Positions 1 through 9,843 of a stretch of DNA of 64,000 nt are shown here, piece after piece. Numbering within the stretch: position 1 is the stretch's first letter; every line of letters begins with the position of its first letter. The position numbers and the translations under genes were made by a program. A model generated the notes under the pieces. The model was not told where the DNA came from and searched no databases. It was given only the letters and a program-made list of their open reading frames with translations. The stretch is from Candidatus Parcubacteria bacterium (GTDB taxonomy: Bacteria; Patescibacteriota; Patescibacteriia; CAIXNZ01), in the NCBI GenBank assembly GCA_026395685.1, contig JAPLYG010000009.1:17519-81518 (forward strand). The letters are read 5' to 3'.

Positions 1-76
1 AATAAAACGATAATTATGGCAAACAATAAATAAAACATACGGAGTTCAATTTAATAAATATTTCTAAATATCAAAT

Positions 77-982
77 TTAATTAATCATATAATCATGTTT
101 CCAAACTGTTTTATCTGTTTTGGCCAGAGCTTGAGCCATAATAAAAGCGTTATGAGCCACCTCTTGGGCGTCACGGCTGAAAAATTCACTATTTACAAAC
201 TTTTTATCGACAAATGTGGGTTGAGTCACGGTATTAATCGCATACATATTTGACCAGCCGGGAAAAATCATGCCAAAGTGGGTCAAAGTCATCATTAACT
301 GTGAAATAGTCATGGCCGCGCCGGCTTCATGACCCGTAACGATAATCCCACCGACCTTACCCATAAAACGTCTTAAAAATCCGCTGCCGGGAATTTTTTG
401 ATCAGCTGTCATTTCAATGAATTTAGCATGTTTGATATTCAGCTCTTTATTTTTTGCAAATTTAGGATCTGCCGGTTCCAAACTACCGTCTAAACTGATG
501 CAATGGTCAAGAAATAATGCCAGGTACGAAGAAATCTTAAAATTATTAACCGGTGTAGCAAAAATAATAATATCAGCAGCCAAAACCTTATCATACAAAA
601 TATTACTCATATCATCTGCTGTAGGCGTGCCCTTGGGATAACAAGAGCAGTAAAAATGACATTGAGTATTTACCGTTGAATAGCAGGCTTTGCAGGGTTT
701 AATGTTATAATCGCGCAGTTTAATAATTTCAGTTTTTACGCCCAAACTTTTTAATTCAGTCATAGCCTGTCCCAGCAAAAACTCGGAATTACTGTCTTCC
801 TGCGCCATATCATTACGGCTGCGGGCTGAACCGGAAATACCCAGGGCAATAAGCTTGTCTTTTTTCTGATTTAATTTTTTTGCCTGAATAATGGCGTTTT
901 TTCTGATCTGCCAAAATCTGGACAGGGTTTTGGCATCAACCTCTAATATTTTTTTAAATTTTTTATTATCAGCTGATTTCAT
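77..982 (-). CDS. NAD(P)H-dependent FMN reductase-like / iron-sulfur flavoprotein (flavodoxin-like fold)
   Basis: Flavodoxin-like N-terminal G-rich loop (LIALGISGSARSRN) and a compact Cys cluster (CKACYSTVNTQCHFYCSCYP); full-length ORF. Confidence 0.5.
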   Translation of the reverse strand: MKSADNKKFKKILEVDAKTLSRFWQIRKNAIIQAKKLNQKKDKLIALGISGSARSRNDMAQEDSNSEFLLGQAMTELKSLGVKTEIIKLRDYNIKPCKACYSTVNTQCHFYCSCYPKGTPTADDMSNILYDKVLAADIIIFATPVNNFKISSYLALFLDHCISLDGSLEPADPKFAKNKELNIKHAKFIEMTADQKIPGSGFLRRFMGKVGGIIVTGHEAGAAMTISQLMMTLTHFGMIFPGWSNMYAINTVTQPTFVDKKFVNSEFFSRDAQEVAHNAFIMAQALAKTDKTVWKHDYMIN

Positions 983-1014
983 ACTGCTAAAATTTATTGT
1001 TAGTATATTAAGCT

Positions 1015-3555
1015 CTAAATATCAAACTTTTTATAAATATATTTTTTTACAAATTCAACCATTAGAAAATAAATAATAGCGATACCAACGATTGCCAAGG
1101 CTTGCCAATAATTTAATAAACCAAAATTAAAATAGTTACGCAAGCCGGTAAATAATACTAATATCACTAAAACTGTAGTGATCAAAGTGGCATAGCTCAA
1201 GGCCTTACTGGGTTTGCTTTGCCAAAACCATTTTTTTGTTCTGATTACAAAAATTAAAAGAACTTCTGTCAAATAAGACTGCCAAAACCAGCCTGACTGA
1301 AAAACTGTCATAGGCGCATTGATAATAAAAATCAAGAAACCAAAAGTCACATAATCCATTACTGAAGATAATAAACCGAAATAGTTCATTGATTGCTTAA
1401 TTTTTTTAATATCCCATTGCTTCGGCTTTTTAATATATTCTTCATCCACCTCATCACTCGCGATGGCAAGCATAGGCATATCACTGAAAAAATTCAACAG
1501 AATAATTTGCACCGGCAGCATAGGGATGAAGGGCAAAAACAAAGAAGCGCCGACCACCGTAAACATGTTCCCATAATTCGAACTGATCGTACATAAAATA
1601 TATTTCAAAGTATTACCAAATGTTTTGCGGCCTTCTTTAATGCCGTAAATTAAAACATTCAAGCTCTTTTTCAATAAAATCACATCGGCTGCTTCTTTTG
1701 CCACATCAACTGCCCCTTCAACCGAGATTCCCACATCAGCGGCGCGCAAAGCCGGCGCATCATTGACTCCGTCGCCCAAAAAAGCGACATTGTGTCCAGA
1801 GGCTTTCAGTGCTTTAACAATTTTTAATTTATGCTCAGGCGTAACTTTGACGAAAACATCTATTCCATAAACAATCTTTTGCAGTCTTTCATCGCTCATT
1901 TTTTCAATTTCAGAACCCACAACTAATTTTGAATATTTATAATTTATTTCTTCTGCCAAACGCTTGGCCGCCATTTCATTATCTCCTGTTAAAATTTTAA
2001 CACTCACTCCCAAATCATTGAAGATACGAATCGATTCGGCCGCAGTTTTTTTCGGCGGATCAATAAAAACTAAGGCTCCTAATAAAACCATCTTGTTTTC
2101 ATCAGCTACCTTATACTTTGCCCGGGTATCAATTTCCTTTTGGGCGAGCAAAATTATGCGAAAACCGACTGATTCCAAATTTTCAATTTTATCCTTAACT
2201 TTAGCCAGGTGACCAGCTAAATTTTCAATTTTATTATCAACTAAAATTGAGCTGCAGATCTTAAGCATCTCTGCCGACGCGCCTTTGCAGATTAATTCCC
2301 TGCCGCCATTTTTGGATACAATGACGCTCATGCGACGTCGATAAAAATCAAAGGGTATATTCTCAACAATCTTATAGCCATTGTGTTTTTTAAGATTCTT
2401 TTGGGCATAATCAATAATTGCCTTATCCAAGGGATTAGCCGCAGAATTTTTATCAATGGCGTAGCTATTGCACAAACTACCTAAAAATAAGATGTTTTCA
2501 TTTTTTTGACCGTCAAAGTCAAAAAAATCTTTGAGCTCAATTTTGCCTTCAGTCAGAGTTCCGGTTTTATCGGTACAAAGCACATCAGCATTCCCCAAAT
2601 TTTCAATTGCCATTAATCGCTTGACCACCACTTGATTTTTGGCCATCAAGCGTGCGCCGCGTGAAAGATTAATTGTAATGATAATGGGCAATAATTCCGG
2701 GGAAATGCCAACTGCAATAGCCAGAGAAAAAAGCAAAGCTTCCAGCCAATTTCCCTTGAACAAAGCTAAAATCAAAAAAACAGCGAAAGAAAAGAAAATT
2801 ATTATTTTAAACAAAAAATAACCGAACTGAGAAATACCCCTTTGGAATTCCGAAGGTGATTCCACCTCGGTCAATAATTTGGCTGTCTGTCCTAAAAAAG
2901 TATCTTTGCCAATAGCCGCAACAATAGCTTTACCGCTACCCTGAACCACATGACTGCCGGCAAAAACAAGATTAGGCGCGTCTAAAAGCTGCTTGCGAGC
3001 ATTAACAGGCTCAGAATTTTTTTCTACGGGGAAAGCTTCACCGCTCAAAATAGCCTGATTGACCGCTAAATCATGGGACTCGACTAATCGCAAATCAGCG
3101 GGAATAATAGAGCTGGACTGCAAAAGAACAACGTCCCCGACCACCAGATCAGTCGTCACTATCTTTCTGGGTTTACCATCACGGATTACTGTTGACTGCA
3201 AAGCGACTTTATTTTTTAGAGTCTCAATAATCTTGGCTGAATTATATTCCTGGATAAAAGCTAAAATAGCCGATACAAAAACCATAACGAAAATTATGGT
3301 TGCGGAAACATATTCTCCCAAAAAGCCTGAAATTAGAGTGGCAATTAACAAAATAAGGATCAACGGATTTTTAAATTGGGAAATAAAAATTTCCAAAGCA
3401 TTAAATCTTCTTTCACCGCTTAACACATTTAAGCCGTAAAGCTTTTGGCGTTTTTTTACTTCAAGCGAAGTTAAACCCTCAGCATTTGATTTCAAAACAC
3501 GATAAATATCTTCGGGTTTAAAATCAATATATTTTAGGAGGTCATTGTTTGACAT
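1015..3555 (-). CDS. P-type cation-transporting ATPase (MgtA-like)
   Basis: Phosphorylation motif CTDKTGTLT, hinge motif GDGVNDAPAL, TGDN motif, 8-10 TM segments, 846 aa. Confidence 0.85.
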   Translation of the reverse strand: MSNNDLLKYIDFKPEDIYRVLKSNAEGLTSLEVKKRQKLYGLNVLSGERRFNALEIFISQFKNPLILILLIATLISGFLGEYVSATIIFVMVFVSAILAFIQEYNSAKIIETLKNKVALQSTVIRDGKPRKIVTTDLVVGDVVLLQSSSIIPADLRLVESHDLAVNQAILSGEAFPVEKNSEPVNARKQLLDAPNLVFAGSHVVQGSGKAIVAAIGKDTFLGQTAKLLTEVESPSEFQRGISQFGYFLFKIIIFFSFAVFLILALFKGNWLEALLFSLAIAVGISPELLPIIITINLSRGARLMAKNQVVVKRLMAIENLGNADVLCTDKTGTLTEGKIELKDFFDFDGQKNENILFLGSLCNSYAIDKNSAANPLDKAIIDYAQKNLKKHNGYKIVENIPFDFYRRRMSVIVSKNGGRELICKGASAEMLKICSSILVDNKIENLAGHLAKVKDKIENLESVGFRIILLAQKEIDTRAKYKVADENKMVLLGALVFIDPPKKTAAESIRIFNDLGVSVKILTGDNEMAAKRLAEEINYKYSKLVVGSEIEKMSDERLQKIVYGIDVFVKVTPEHKLKIVKALKASGHNVAFLGDGVNDAPALRAADVGISVEGAVDVAKEAADVILLKKSLNVLIYGIKEGRKTFGNTLKYILCTISSNYGNMFTVVGASLFLPFIPMLPVQIILLNFFSDMPMLAIASDEVDEEYIKKPKQWDIKKIKQSMNYFGLLSSVMDYVTFGFLIFIINAPMTVFQSGWFWQSYLTEVLLIFVIRTKKWFWQSKPSKALSYATLITTVLVILVLFTGLRNYFNFGLLNYWQALAIVGIAIIYFLMVEFVKKYIYKKFDI

Positions 3556-3627
3556 ATATTATAGTATAACAAATTTTACGCAATAAAAAAAACAATCCCA
3601 CAGCGCGGGACTGTCTTTTATCTTTTG

Positions 3628-4434
3628 TTATTTGGCTAAGCTAAATGAAGCCCTGACTACGGCCGTTACCTTTTTATCAATAGACCCTGTGTCATAATAT
3701 CCGTAATCAGAAATATCAGTGGAATTAATAGCCGTTACCTGAAATACGCCGATACCCGCTGATTGTAATAAACCTATACTAGAATCAGTTGAAGCGGCAA
3801 TTTGTTCTGCTCGGGCCTTGGCATTAGCTGTAGCTTCAGCGATTAAATCCATTTTCAGATCGCCAAGTTTACTGTAATAATATTCCACTCCCTGGCTGGT
3901 AAAAATGATTCCCTGATCAATGAAATAGCCGGCTGCCTCCTGTGACAACTTATAAATACTTTCCACATCTGTTGACTGAATGATTATCCATTGCTGGAGT
4001 GTATAGCCGGAAAGACGATTGTCAACGCAACTTTTACTCCCGGAATCATAACCATAATTAACCTGACCTTCGCAAATCGGATTAATAGTCAGTGTTTGTA
4101 CCGCAATTTCACTATCTGTAATGCCTCTCTGTCTAAAAACCCTCAAAATAGTATCTAAATCCGTTTTCATCTGATTACTGCCTTCTTTTAAAGCCTCAGC
4201 TGAAACTGTCCGGGAAAAGCTGCTGCTCCATTTAACCGTATCTGATTTAACTATTTTTTCCGCCGAACCAGTAACCGCGATACTATTACTTAATGCTTTA
4301 ACCTTATAAAATGTTTCACTGACCCAAAAAGCGCTGGCAGCAATGGCCAGACTTAAAAAAATCATACCAATCATGACAAAAGCCCCTTTGGCTTTAGAAC
4401 AACAGCATGATTGATTGTTAGGTAATTGCTCCAT
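3628..4434 (-). CDS. SIMPL-domain (DUF541) protein, N-terminal TM anchor
   Basis: N-terminal hydrophobic segment then IAVTGSAEKIVKSDTVKWSSSF pattern typical of SIMPL/DUF541. Confidence 0.5.
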   Translation of the reverse strand: MEQLPNNQSCCCSKAKGAFVMIGMIFLSLAIAASAFWVSETFYKVKALSNSIAVTGSAEKIVKSDTVKWSSSFSRTVSAEALKEGSNQMKTDLDTILRVFRQRGITDSEIAVQTLTINPICEGQVNYGYDSGSKSCVDNRLSGYTLQQWIIIQSTDVESIYKLSQEAAGYFIDQGIIFTSQGVEYYYSKLGDLKMDLIAEATANAKARAEQIAASTDSSIGLLQSAGIGVFQVTAINSTDISDYGYYDTGSIDKKVTAVVRASFSLAK

Positions 4435-4445
4435 AATTATATTAA

Positions 4446-4904
4446 TTAAATATTAAAATTTCTTTTTAAAACTTCCCCAAAAATATCACCGCGGCTGATA
4501 ATGCCGACGATTTTCCCTTTTTCATCAACTACGGGCATACGATGAATTCCCTTAGCTACTAGTAAGGCTCCCGCCTTCATAATCAAGGTATCCGGCGAAA
4601 CAGTGACAATTTCCCGCGAAAAAAATTTTTCAATTTTATCATCCTTTATTTCACTGGCCTTGCTTTCCCTTGCCTCCGCATCACCATAAAGTTCCGGATT
4701 TTCATAATAACTCTTATAAAAAGGGTACAGAACCTTAAAAAGGTCTTTTTCCGTAATCATTCCGATTAATTTATTGTCATCGTCAACAATCGGCGCTCCG
4801 CTGATTTGCCTGTCATGCAAAATCTTGGCAACCTCATAATAAGTGGCGGTATGAGGAATAGTAATAACATCCTTTTTCATTATATTTTTAACGATCATAG
4901 ACAT
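4446..4904 (-). CDS. CBS domain-pair protein
   Basis: Two CBS-like repeats (ISGAPIVDDDNKLIGMITEKDLF; HRMPVVDEKGKIVGIISRGDIF). Confidence 0.7.
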   Translation of the reverse strand: MSMIVKNIMKKDVITIPHTATYYEVAKILHDRQISGAPIVDDDNKLIGMITEKDLFKVLYPFYKSYYENPELYGDAEARESKASEIKDDKIEKFFSREIVTVSPDTLIMKAGALLVAKGIHRMPVVDEKGKIVGIISRGDIFGEVLKRNFNI

Positions 4905-4981
4905 TATAAATTAAGAATTATACCTGGATTAACTGTATCAAATTAAATGATTAAGACCAAGAGCTGTCAAGAGGTGCCATT

Positions 4982-5530
4982 TTATACCGGTACGATAATA
5001 TCTTGTTTTTTCCTGGCTAAATTGCCATATATAAACAAAACTAAGTCATAGGCATAAAAAAACACACCGGTATAAATCAGGTCGCCGAACAAGGAATTCC
5101 GGAAAAACGGCAAAGCCAGGGTAAAGCAGGAAACCAAACCAGCCCAATTATGGCCGTACCAGTTAAAAAACGCCCAGACCGCGAAATTTGTAATGATAAA
5201 AAATCCAACTGAAGAAATCAGAGCCGCCAGCGCAATTTTAACCATTGATTTTTTCTGGATAAAATAACGGCCGATGACAAAGGCCAAAATAATGCCGACA
5301 TAAACCGAGGCCATAACCTGCCAATCATAAAACCCGATAAAATAATCACTGACCAGCATCGCCAGCAAAGGGATAATAATACCCCAGGCCTTTTTTAGAT
5401 AATAACCGCCGAAGATAGCCATGGCCACAATGGGCGTAAAGTTAAATGGATGCTTTACCAAACGAGAAGCCGCTGCCAAGGCAATAAAGGCAATGGCCAG
5501 TAAAATCGTAATATTTATCTTTTTGGTCAT
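4982..5530 (-). CDS. polytopic membrane protein, possibly ECF-transporter S-component-like
   Basis: ~6 hydrophobic helices across 182 aa; no catalytic motifs. Confidence 0.35.
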   Translation of the reverse strand: MTKKINITILLAIAFIALAAASRLVKHPFNFTPIVAMAIFGGYYLKKAWGIIIPLLAMLVSDYFIGFYDWQVMASVYVGIILAFVIGRYFIQKKSMVKIALAALISSVGFFIITNFAVWAFFNWYGHNWAGLVSCFTLALPFFRNSLFGDLIYTGVFFYAYDLVLFIYGNLARKKQDIIVPV

Positions 5531-5583
5531 AAACTTGAATAATAATTAAATTACCATTCTTATCTTATAATAGAATTCGAATT

Positions 5584-6270
5584 GTGTCTAATTATTACGG
5601 CCTTAAAAAATTTACAAATATTTGTTATAATCAATCCATGATAACAAACCTGATCGCTTTATTGGCGCAAATAGTAATTTATATCATCAGCCACATTGGT
5701 TATGGCGGTATTTTTTTATTGATGCTGGTGGAATCCTGCGGTATTCCCATGCCGTCAGAAGTGATTATGCCCTTTTCCGGATTTTTAGTGGCCAACGGGC
5801 AACTAAACTTCTGGCTAGTGGCGCTAATCGGCGCCTTTGGCAATTTGGCAGGTTCCTGGCTGGCATACTGGATAGGCGCAAGAGGTGGCAGGCCTTTGAT
5901 TGAAAAATACGGTAAGTATATTTTGATTTCCCATCATGACCTGGATCTGGCTGATAAATGGTTTAGTAAATACGGCGACTGGACAGTATTTTTTGGCCGG
6001 TTGCTACCCGTAATTAGAACCTATATTTCCTTCCCCGCCGGCATAGCCAAAATGGATTTTAAAAAGTTCACACTTTATACTTTATTAGGCGCCCTGCCCT
6101 GGACTATTTTATTCACCTGGCTGGGTGTAAAAATGGGCAATAACTGGGAACAAATCCAAAAAACTTTGCATAATTTTGATTTGCTGATGTTGATTCTGGT
6201 AATTGCAGCTATTGTCTGGTATGTTTGGCGGCATTTAAAACATAGAAGCAACCCCAAGCGAACCAGCTAA
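5584..6270 (+). CDS. DedA / SNARE-associated (TVP38) family membrane protein
   Basis: Conserved DedA core (GIPMPSEVIMPFSGFLV ... GRLLPVIRTYISFPAGIAKM). Confidence 0.8.
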   Translation: MSNYYGLKKFTNICYNQSMITNLIALLAQIVIYIISHIGYGGIFLLMLVESCGIPMPSEVIMPFSGFLVANGQLNFWLVALIGAFGNLAGSWLAYWIGARGGRPLIEKYGKYILISHHDLDLADKWFSKYGDWTVFFGRLLPVIRTYISFPAGIAKMDFKKFTLYTLLGALPWTILFTWLGVKMGNNWEQIQKTLHNFDLLMLILVIAAIVWYVWRHLKHRSNPKRTS

Positions 6271-6277
6271 ACCAAAC

Positions 6278-6310
6278 CAAAAACGTCTAACTCAATAGAC
6301 GTTTTTTTGT
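6278..6310. terminator. bidirectional rho-independent terminator hairpin
   Basis: aaacgtcta-actcaa-tagacgttt stem-loop flanked by A-run and T-run. Confidence 0.6.
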
Positions 6311-6334
6311 ATACTTCGTGTAAAAGATAATAAA

Positions 6335-6703
6335 TTATTTTAGTGGCAATGCTTCACAAGCAGTACCGTCATTATCGCCGTCCAAACGGTTTGTGTCTTG
6401 ACTTGGTCCACCGGCATTTTTGAAAAACTTTTGGGCTTCTGGTTGAGTAGCAAAATCAGCGCAATTATATTCATCCGTGTATTTGCCGCCGCTTTCAACT
6501 ACATTGCCGCTTTTATCGCGCATTACCTTGGCTTCATTTAAGTTTGAACCTGATAACAATTTGCCCAAATCCCAGTCAGTATTAGATACTTCCAAGCCAA
6601 AAGCCGCTAAAAGAATAGCAATTGCCCCAATCAGTAATGGTTTAAGCACCTTTTTAGTACCTTCACTAGCATTAGCAAAGGGTTTTAATTTTGGAATAGC
6701 CAT
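6335..6703 (-). CDS. secreted/membrane-anchored Excalibur calcium-binding domain protein
   Basis: C-terminal [10 protein letters not shown] motif (Excalibur DxDxDGxxCE); N-terminal TM/signal. Confidence 0.6.
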   Translation of the reverse strand: MAIPKLKPFANASEGTKKVLKPLLIGAIAILLAAFGLEVSNTDWDLGKLLSGSNLNEAKVMRDKSGNVVESGGKYTDEYNCADFATQPEAQKFFKNAGGPSQDTNRLDGDNDGTACEALPLK

Positions 6704-6709
6704 AAATTT

Positions 6710-6802
6710 TTACCAAATTGAATATAAAAGATAGGCAGCTACCAGAATTAAAATCACGATAACCGCCAATCTAACTATTTTATTACCTCGAATTTTATTC
6801 AT
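6710..6802 (-). CDS. 30-aa single-TM mini-protein (MNKIRGNKIVRLAVIVILILVAAYLLYSIW), below ORF-track cutoff
   Basis: ATG sits 8 nt after a TGCTATAAT box; ends 6 nt before the Excalibur gene start. Confidence 0.25.
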   Translation of the reverse strand: MNKIRGNKIVRLAVIVILILVAAYLLYSIW

Positions 6803-6821
6803 ATGTTACTATTATAGCATG
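6803..6821 (-). promoter_or_regulatory. extended -10 (TGCTATAAT) 8 nt upstream of ATG; leaderless-type promoter
   Basis: Minus-strand reading catgcTATAATagtaacatATG. Confidence 0.4.
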
Positions 6822-6895
6822 TTTTATAATGCAATAAAATCGATGTGGATAACTGAACTAGTAAGAAAAATTGTAGTAGAGGCGACTTTATTATT

Positions 6896-7486
6896 TTAAC
6901 TATTTTGATTTTTCTCAATCAGCCATAAGGCAAATTTCTTACCGCACCAGTTATCATCAACTGTTTTTCTCCAATCCTCCATGTCCTGACCTGACATTTC
7001 TGAAAAAGTTCTGGTCTCACCTTCTGGAATAAAAATCTTATGCAACTGTCCCCAGTTGTATTCATGCAATTCCCCTCTGGGCTGTTCAACCATAATCCCC
7101 TTGGTAATAGTTTCAAAAAAGACAGGTTCGGTCAGAGTCTCGTCCAGATAAGCTAAAGTATCTCTAAACTCGCAGTGGCGATCCTTACCCTCAACCAATT
7201 TAAGTATTCCCTCAAGGCCAATTGTGCCCATGACAAAGTTCACAAACGCTTTAGGAAAGCCATTCAGGGACGGAATGTAAAAACCACCATCCTGGGCAAT
7301 ACAAGGCTTTTTTATATGCTCAAAAGCATAACGGACTTTTTCTCCGGCAATAATGCGCGTTTCATCAGACCGTGGCTCGGGTATATCTATTTCCACTGAT
7401 TCAACTTCAATATCACTGCCTTCAAAATCTCTTTTTATGGACGCGATTTTCCCTTTATTCGTTGAAGCAAAATAAATTTTTTTCAT
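6896..7486 (-). CDS. rdgB: non-canonical purine NTP pyrophosphatase (Ham1/RdgB/ITPase family)
   Basis: N-terminal IYFASTNKGK motif typical of Ham1 family. Confidence 0.65.
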   Translation of the reverse strand: MKKIYFASTNKGKIASIKRDFEGSDIEVESVEIDIPEPRSDETRIIAGEKVRYAFEHIKKPCIAQDGGFYIPSLNGFPKAFVNFVMGTIGLEGILKLVEGKDRHCEFRDTLAYLDETLTEPVFFETITKGIMVEQPRGELHEYNWGQLHKIFIPEGETRTFSEMSGQDMEDWRKTVDDNWCGKKFALWLIEKNQNS

Positions 7487-7507
7487 GTGATTGTATTATA
7501 GCATATT
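7487..7507 (-). promoter_or_regulatory. extended -10 (TGCTATAAT) 8 nt upstream of ATG; leaderless-type promoter
   Basis: Minus-strand reading atatgcTATAATacaatcacATG; same architecture as 6803-6821. Confidence 0.4.
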
Positions 7508-7663
7508 TTTAAAGCCAATAAAATCACTGCAGACAACTATATCTGCGCTTAAGGCAGAATTTGATAAAACGCTGATTTAAATACAAATTAATTCAGCTCC
7601 AATAATTGACTTGACGCAAAATTTCTGATAAAATAGCTGTATTCTTTAATATAATATTTTACT

Positions 7664-9124
7664 ATGAATCCAGGCAATGTCATTGTCAGATTTAACGAAG
7701 TCACATTTTCTTATGATAAAAATAAGCCTATCTTAACCGAGGCTAATTTTTCCGTGCGCGAAAATACAAAAATAACCATCATGGGTCAAAACGGCGCCGG
7801 CAAAAGCACTATTTTTAAATTAATCACAGGGGAATTAAAACCCAACGAAGGCTTGGCCTCTGTTACGCCGGGAACGACCATCGCTATTGCCGCTCAAGTC
7901 ATGAGTCGCGATAACATGAAAAAAACCATTGAAGAATATTTCAGTCATGCTTTTAATAAAAAAATCTATAATCTCCCTCGAAAAATTAAAAAAGTTCTGG
8001 ACATTGTTCATTTAGACGCGCCTCTTGATCGCAAAATAATTCAGTTTTCCGGCGGACAACAAGCGCGATTACTTTTGGCTTTTGCGTTGATTCAAGAACC
8101 GGACATTTTACTGCTTGATGAACCGACAAATAATTTGGATGCCGAAGGCATAAAACACTTAACTGAATTTCTCATGGAATATGTCAAAACCTGTCTGGTA
8201 ATTTCACATGATGCGGATTTTTTAAACACCTTTACCGACGGCGTTCTCTATCTGGATTCTTATACTCAGAAAGTTGAACAATATGTCGGTAATTATTATG
8301 ACGTGCTTAATGAAATTGAGGCCCAGCTTGAACGCGAACGAGCCAAAAATGCTCAATTAAGAAAAAGCATTCAGGATCGAAAAGATAAAGTTAATTTCTT
8401 TGCCAACAAAGGCGGTAAGATGCGCAAGCTGGCCAGCAAGCTGCGTGACCAGGTGGAAGAAGCCGAAGAGCACATGGTTGACGAACGCCAGGAAGATAAA
8501 ACCATCAATCCTTTTACAATTCCGGTTCAGCCGGATATTTCCGGAATCATCGCCCAGATAAAATCAGTCGGAGTCATGGTCAATCATAATCCGGTTGAAA
8601 AAAAGCTCATCCACCCGATTGAAGTCAGGCTAAAATCAAAACTGCTTTTAAAGGGTCCAAATGGTATAGGCAAAAGTACATTACTGAAAGCTTTGGCGGA
8701 TGGCAGTGAAAAAGGAGCTCAAATTTCTCCAAATATAAAAATCGGCTATTACCAGCAGGACTTTGCGGGTCTTGATTTTGAAAAAACTGCTTATCAGGTT
8801 TTGGAAGAAATGATGGAGATTCCTTTTAACCAGACAATCTACGCGACAGCCGCACAATTCTTATTATCCTCAGAAATATTAAGGAACAAAGTCGGTTCCC
8901 TATCCGAAGGCCAAAAAGGCTTGCTCTGCTATGCCAGATTTGTCCTACAAAAACCAGGGCTCTTGATTATGGATGAACCGACCAATCACATCAACTTCCG
9001 CCACTTGCCCATAATTGCCAAAGCCCTCAATGATTACCAGGGCGCCCTGATCCTGGTCAGCCATGCGTATGAATTTATTGACCAGATTGAGATTACAGAA
9101 ACGCTTGATCTGGGGACACTTTAA
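7664..9124 (+). CDS. ABC-F family ATPase (two tandem nucleotide-binding domains, no TM)
   Basis: Two Walker A motifs (GQNGAGKST; GPNGIGKST), two signature motifs (FSGGQQ; LSEGQK), charged linker. Confidence 0.85.
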   Translation: MNPGNVIVRFNEVTFSYDKNKPILTEANFSVRENTKITIMGQNGAGKSTIFKLITGELKPNEGLASVTPGTTIAIAAQVMSRDNMKKTIEEYFSHAFNKKIYNLPRKIKKVLDIVHLDAPLDRKIIQFSGGQQARLLLAFALIQEPDILLLDEPTNNLDAEGIKHLTEFLMEYVKTCLVISHDADFLNTFTDGVLYLDSYTQKVEQYVGNYYDVLNEIEAQLERERAKNAQLRKSIQDRKDKVNFFANKGGKMRKLASKLRDQVEEAEEHMVDERQEDKTINPFTIPVQPDISGIIAQIKSVGVMVNHNPVEKKLIHPIEVRLKSKLLLKGPNGIGKSTLLKALADGSEKGAQISPNIKIGYYQQDFAGLDFEKTAYQVLEEMMEIPFNQTIYATAAQFLLSSEILRNKVGSLSEGQKGLLCYARFVLQKPGLLIMDEPTNHINFRHLPIIAKALNDYQGALILVSHAYEFIDQIEITETLDLGTL

Positions 9125-9133
9125 TAATTAGAA

Positions 9134-9173
9134 CAAAAAAAGTCCTGAACTGTCTGGTTCAGGACTTTTTTTA
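9134..9173. terminator. rho-independent terminator
   Basis: gtcctgaac-tgtctg-gttcaggac followed by TTTTTTT. Confidence 0.7.
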
Positions 9174-9183
9174 TTGTCAAATA

Positions 9184-9558
9184 TTATTTTATATAAAAAC
9201 TCAGCCCGAAGTAAAAGGCGCCAATGAGGAATATTACTCCGCCCCAGAGTACTTGCCCGCCTTTGAACATCTGAGCTTTTTTATTGACACGGTCAGGAAA
9301 GCCGATTTTTTCAATGCCTTTTAATAAAGTGACCCAACCTAAAATAGTAATGGCGATTCGCCAGTCAGCGACCCAGATATTATGGGCAACCACGGTAGCC
9401 AAACCCAATAGAAAGGTAATGTAACCGGTAGATATCGTAATAGTTTTATCTTCGGTATACTCTATTATTCTGCCTAATAATTTTGCAAAAACAGACATTA
9501 GCCCGAGAATCATAAAAAGACTGCCCCAAAATTGCGCTAAAAAAATTGAAATTTGCAT
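9184..9558 (-). CDS. hypothetical 4-TM membrane protein
   Basis: Four hydrophobic segments, 124 aa. Confidence 0.45.
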   Translation of the reverse strand: MQISIFLAQFWGSLFMILGLMSVFAKLLGRIIEYTEDKTITISTGYITFLLGLATVVAHNIWVADWRIAITILGWVTLLKGIEKIGFPDRVNKKAQMFKGGQVLWGGVIFLIGAFYFGLSFYIK

Positions 9559-9613
9559 AGTTATAATTATTAATATTTCTTTGTTAAAATCATATCATAG
9601 ATTAGGAATCTAA

Positions 9614-9646
9614 ACAAAAAGTACCTAACATTAAGTAGGCACTTTT
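9614..9646 (-). terminator. rho-independent terminator downstream of tRNA-Asn
   Basis: Minus-strand AAGUGCCUA-loop-UAGGUACUU 9-bp stem followed by UUUUUG. Confidence 0.55.
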
Positions 9647-9653
9647 AAATTCT

Positions 9654-9728
9654 TGGCTCCGGGGGTGGGATTCGAACCCACGACCAATTGATTAACAGTC
9701 AACTGCGCTACCGCTGCGCTACCCCGGA
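9654..9728 (-). tRNA. tRNA-Asn (anticodon GTT), CCA encoded
   Basis: Hand-folded cloverleaf: acceptor TCCGGGG/CCCCGGA, D-stem GCGC, anticodon loop CTGTTAA, T-arm GTGGG-TTCGAAT-CCCAC. Confidence 0.85.
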
Positions 9729-9761
9729 ATGTTTTAAATTCTTAATTTACTTAATTCTAAT

Positions 9762-9843
9762 CGGGTAGCGCAGCGCACAACGTAAGTACTAAGCTTAACT
9801 GCCTGCCCGCCGAAACTTTAGTGTAGGCGGGCGCTACCCCGGA
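9762..9843. repeat. palindromic element built from two inverted copies of the tRNA-Asn 5' end (GGGTAGCGCAGCGC / GCGCTACCCCGGA) enclosing a GCCCGCC...GGCGGGC hairpin
   Basis: Direct comparison with the adjacent tRNA-Asn sequence. Confidence 0.6.

Noticed and set aside
3556-3627. Possible terminator hairpin after the SIMPL gene
   Set aside because: The stem is only 3-4 bp (ACAG/CUGU or CCC/GGG) despite a following T-run on the minus strand. Too weak to call.
6075-6257. Various 60-130-aa ORFs nested antisense within larger genes (e.g. 6075-6257, 20584-20940, 21601-21834, 59889-60230 and many others in the track)
   Set aside because: Each lies entirely inside a well-supported longer gene on the opposite strand or in another frame, and has no independent signals.
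9762-9843. Possible second tRNA or intron-containing tRNA next to tRNA-Asn
   Set aside because: Only the first 13-14 nt of tRNA-Asn are present, once in each orientation. There is no anticodon or T arm, so it is called a palindromic repeat instead.
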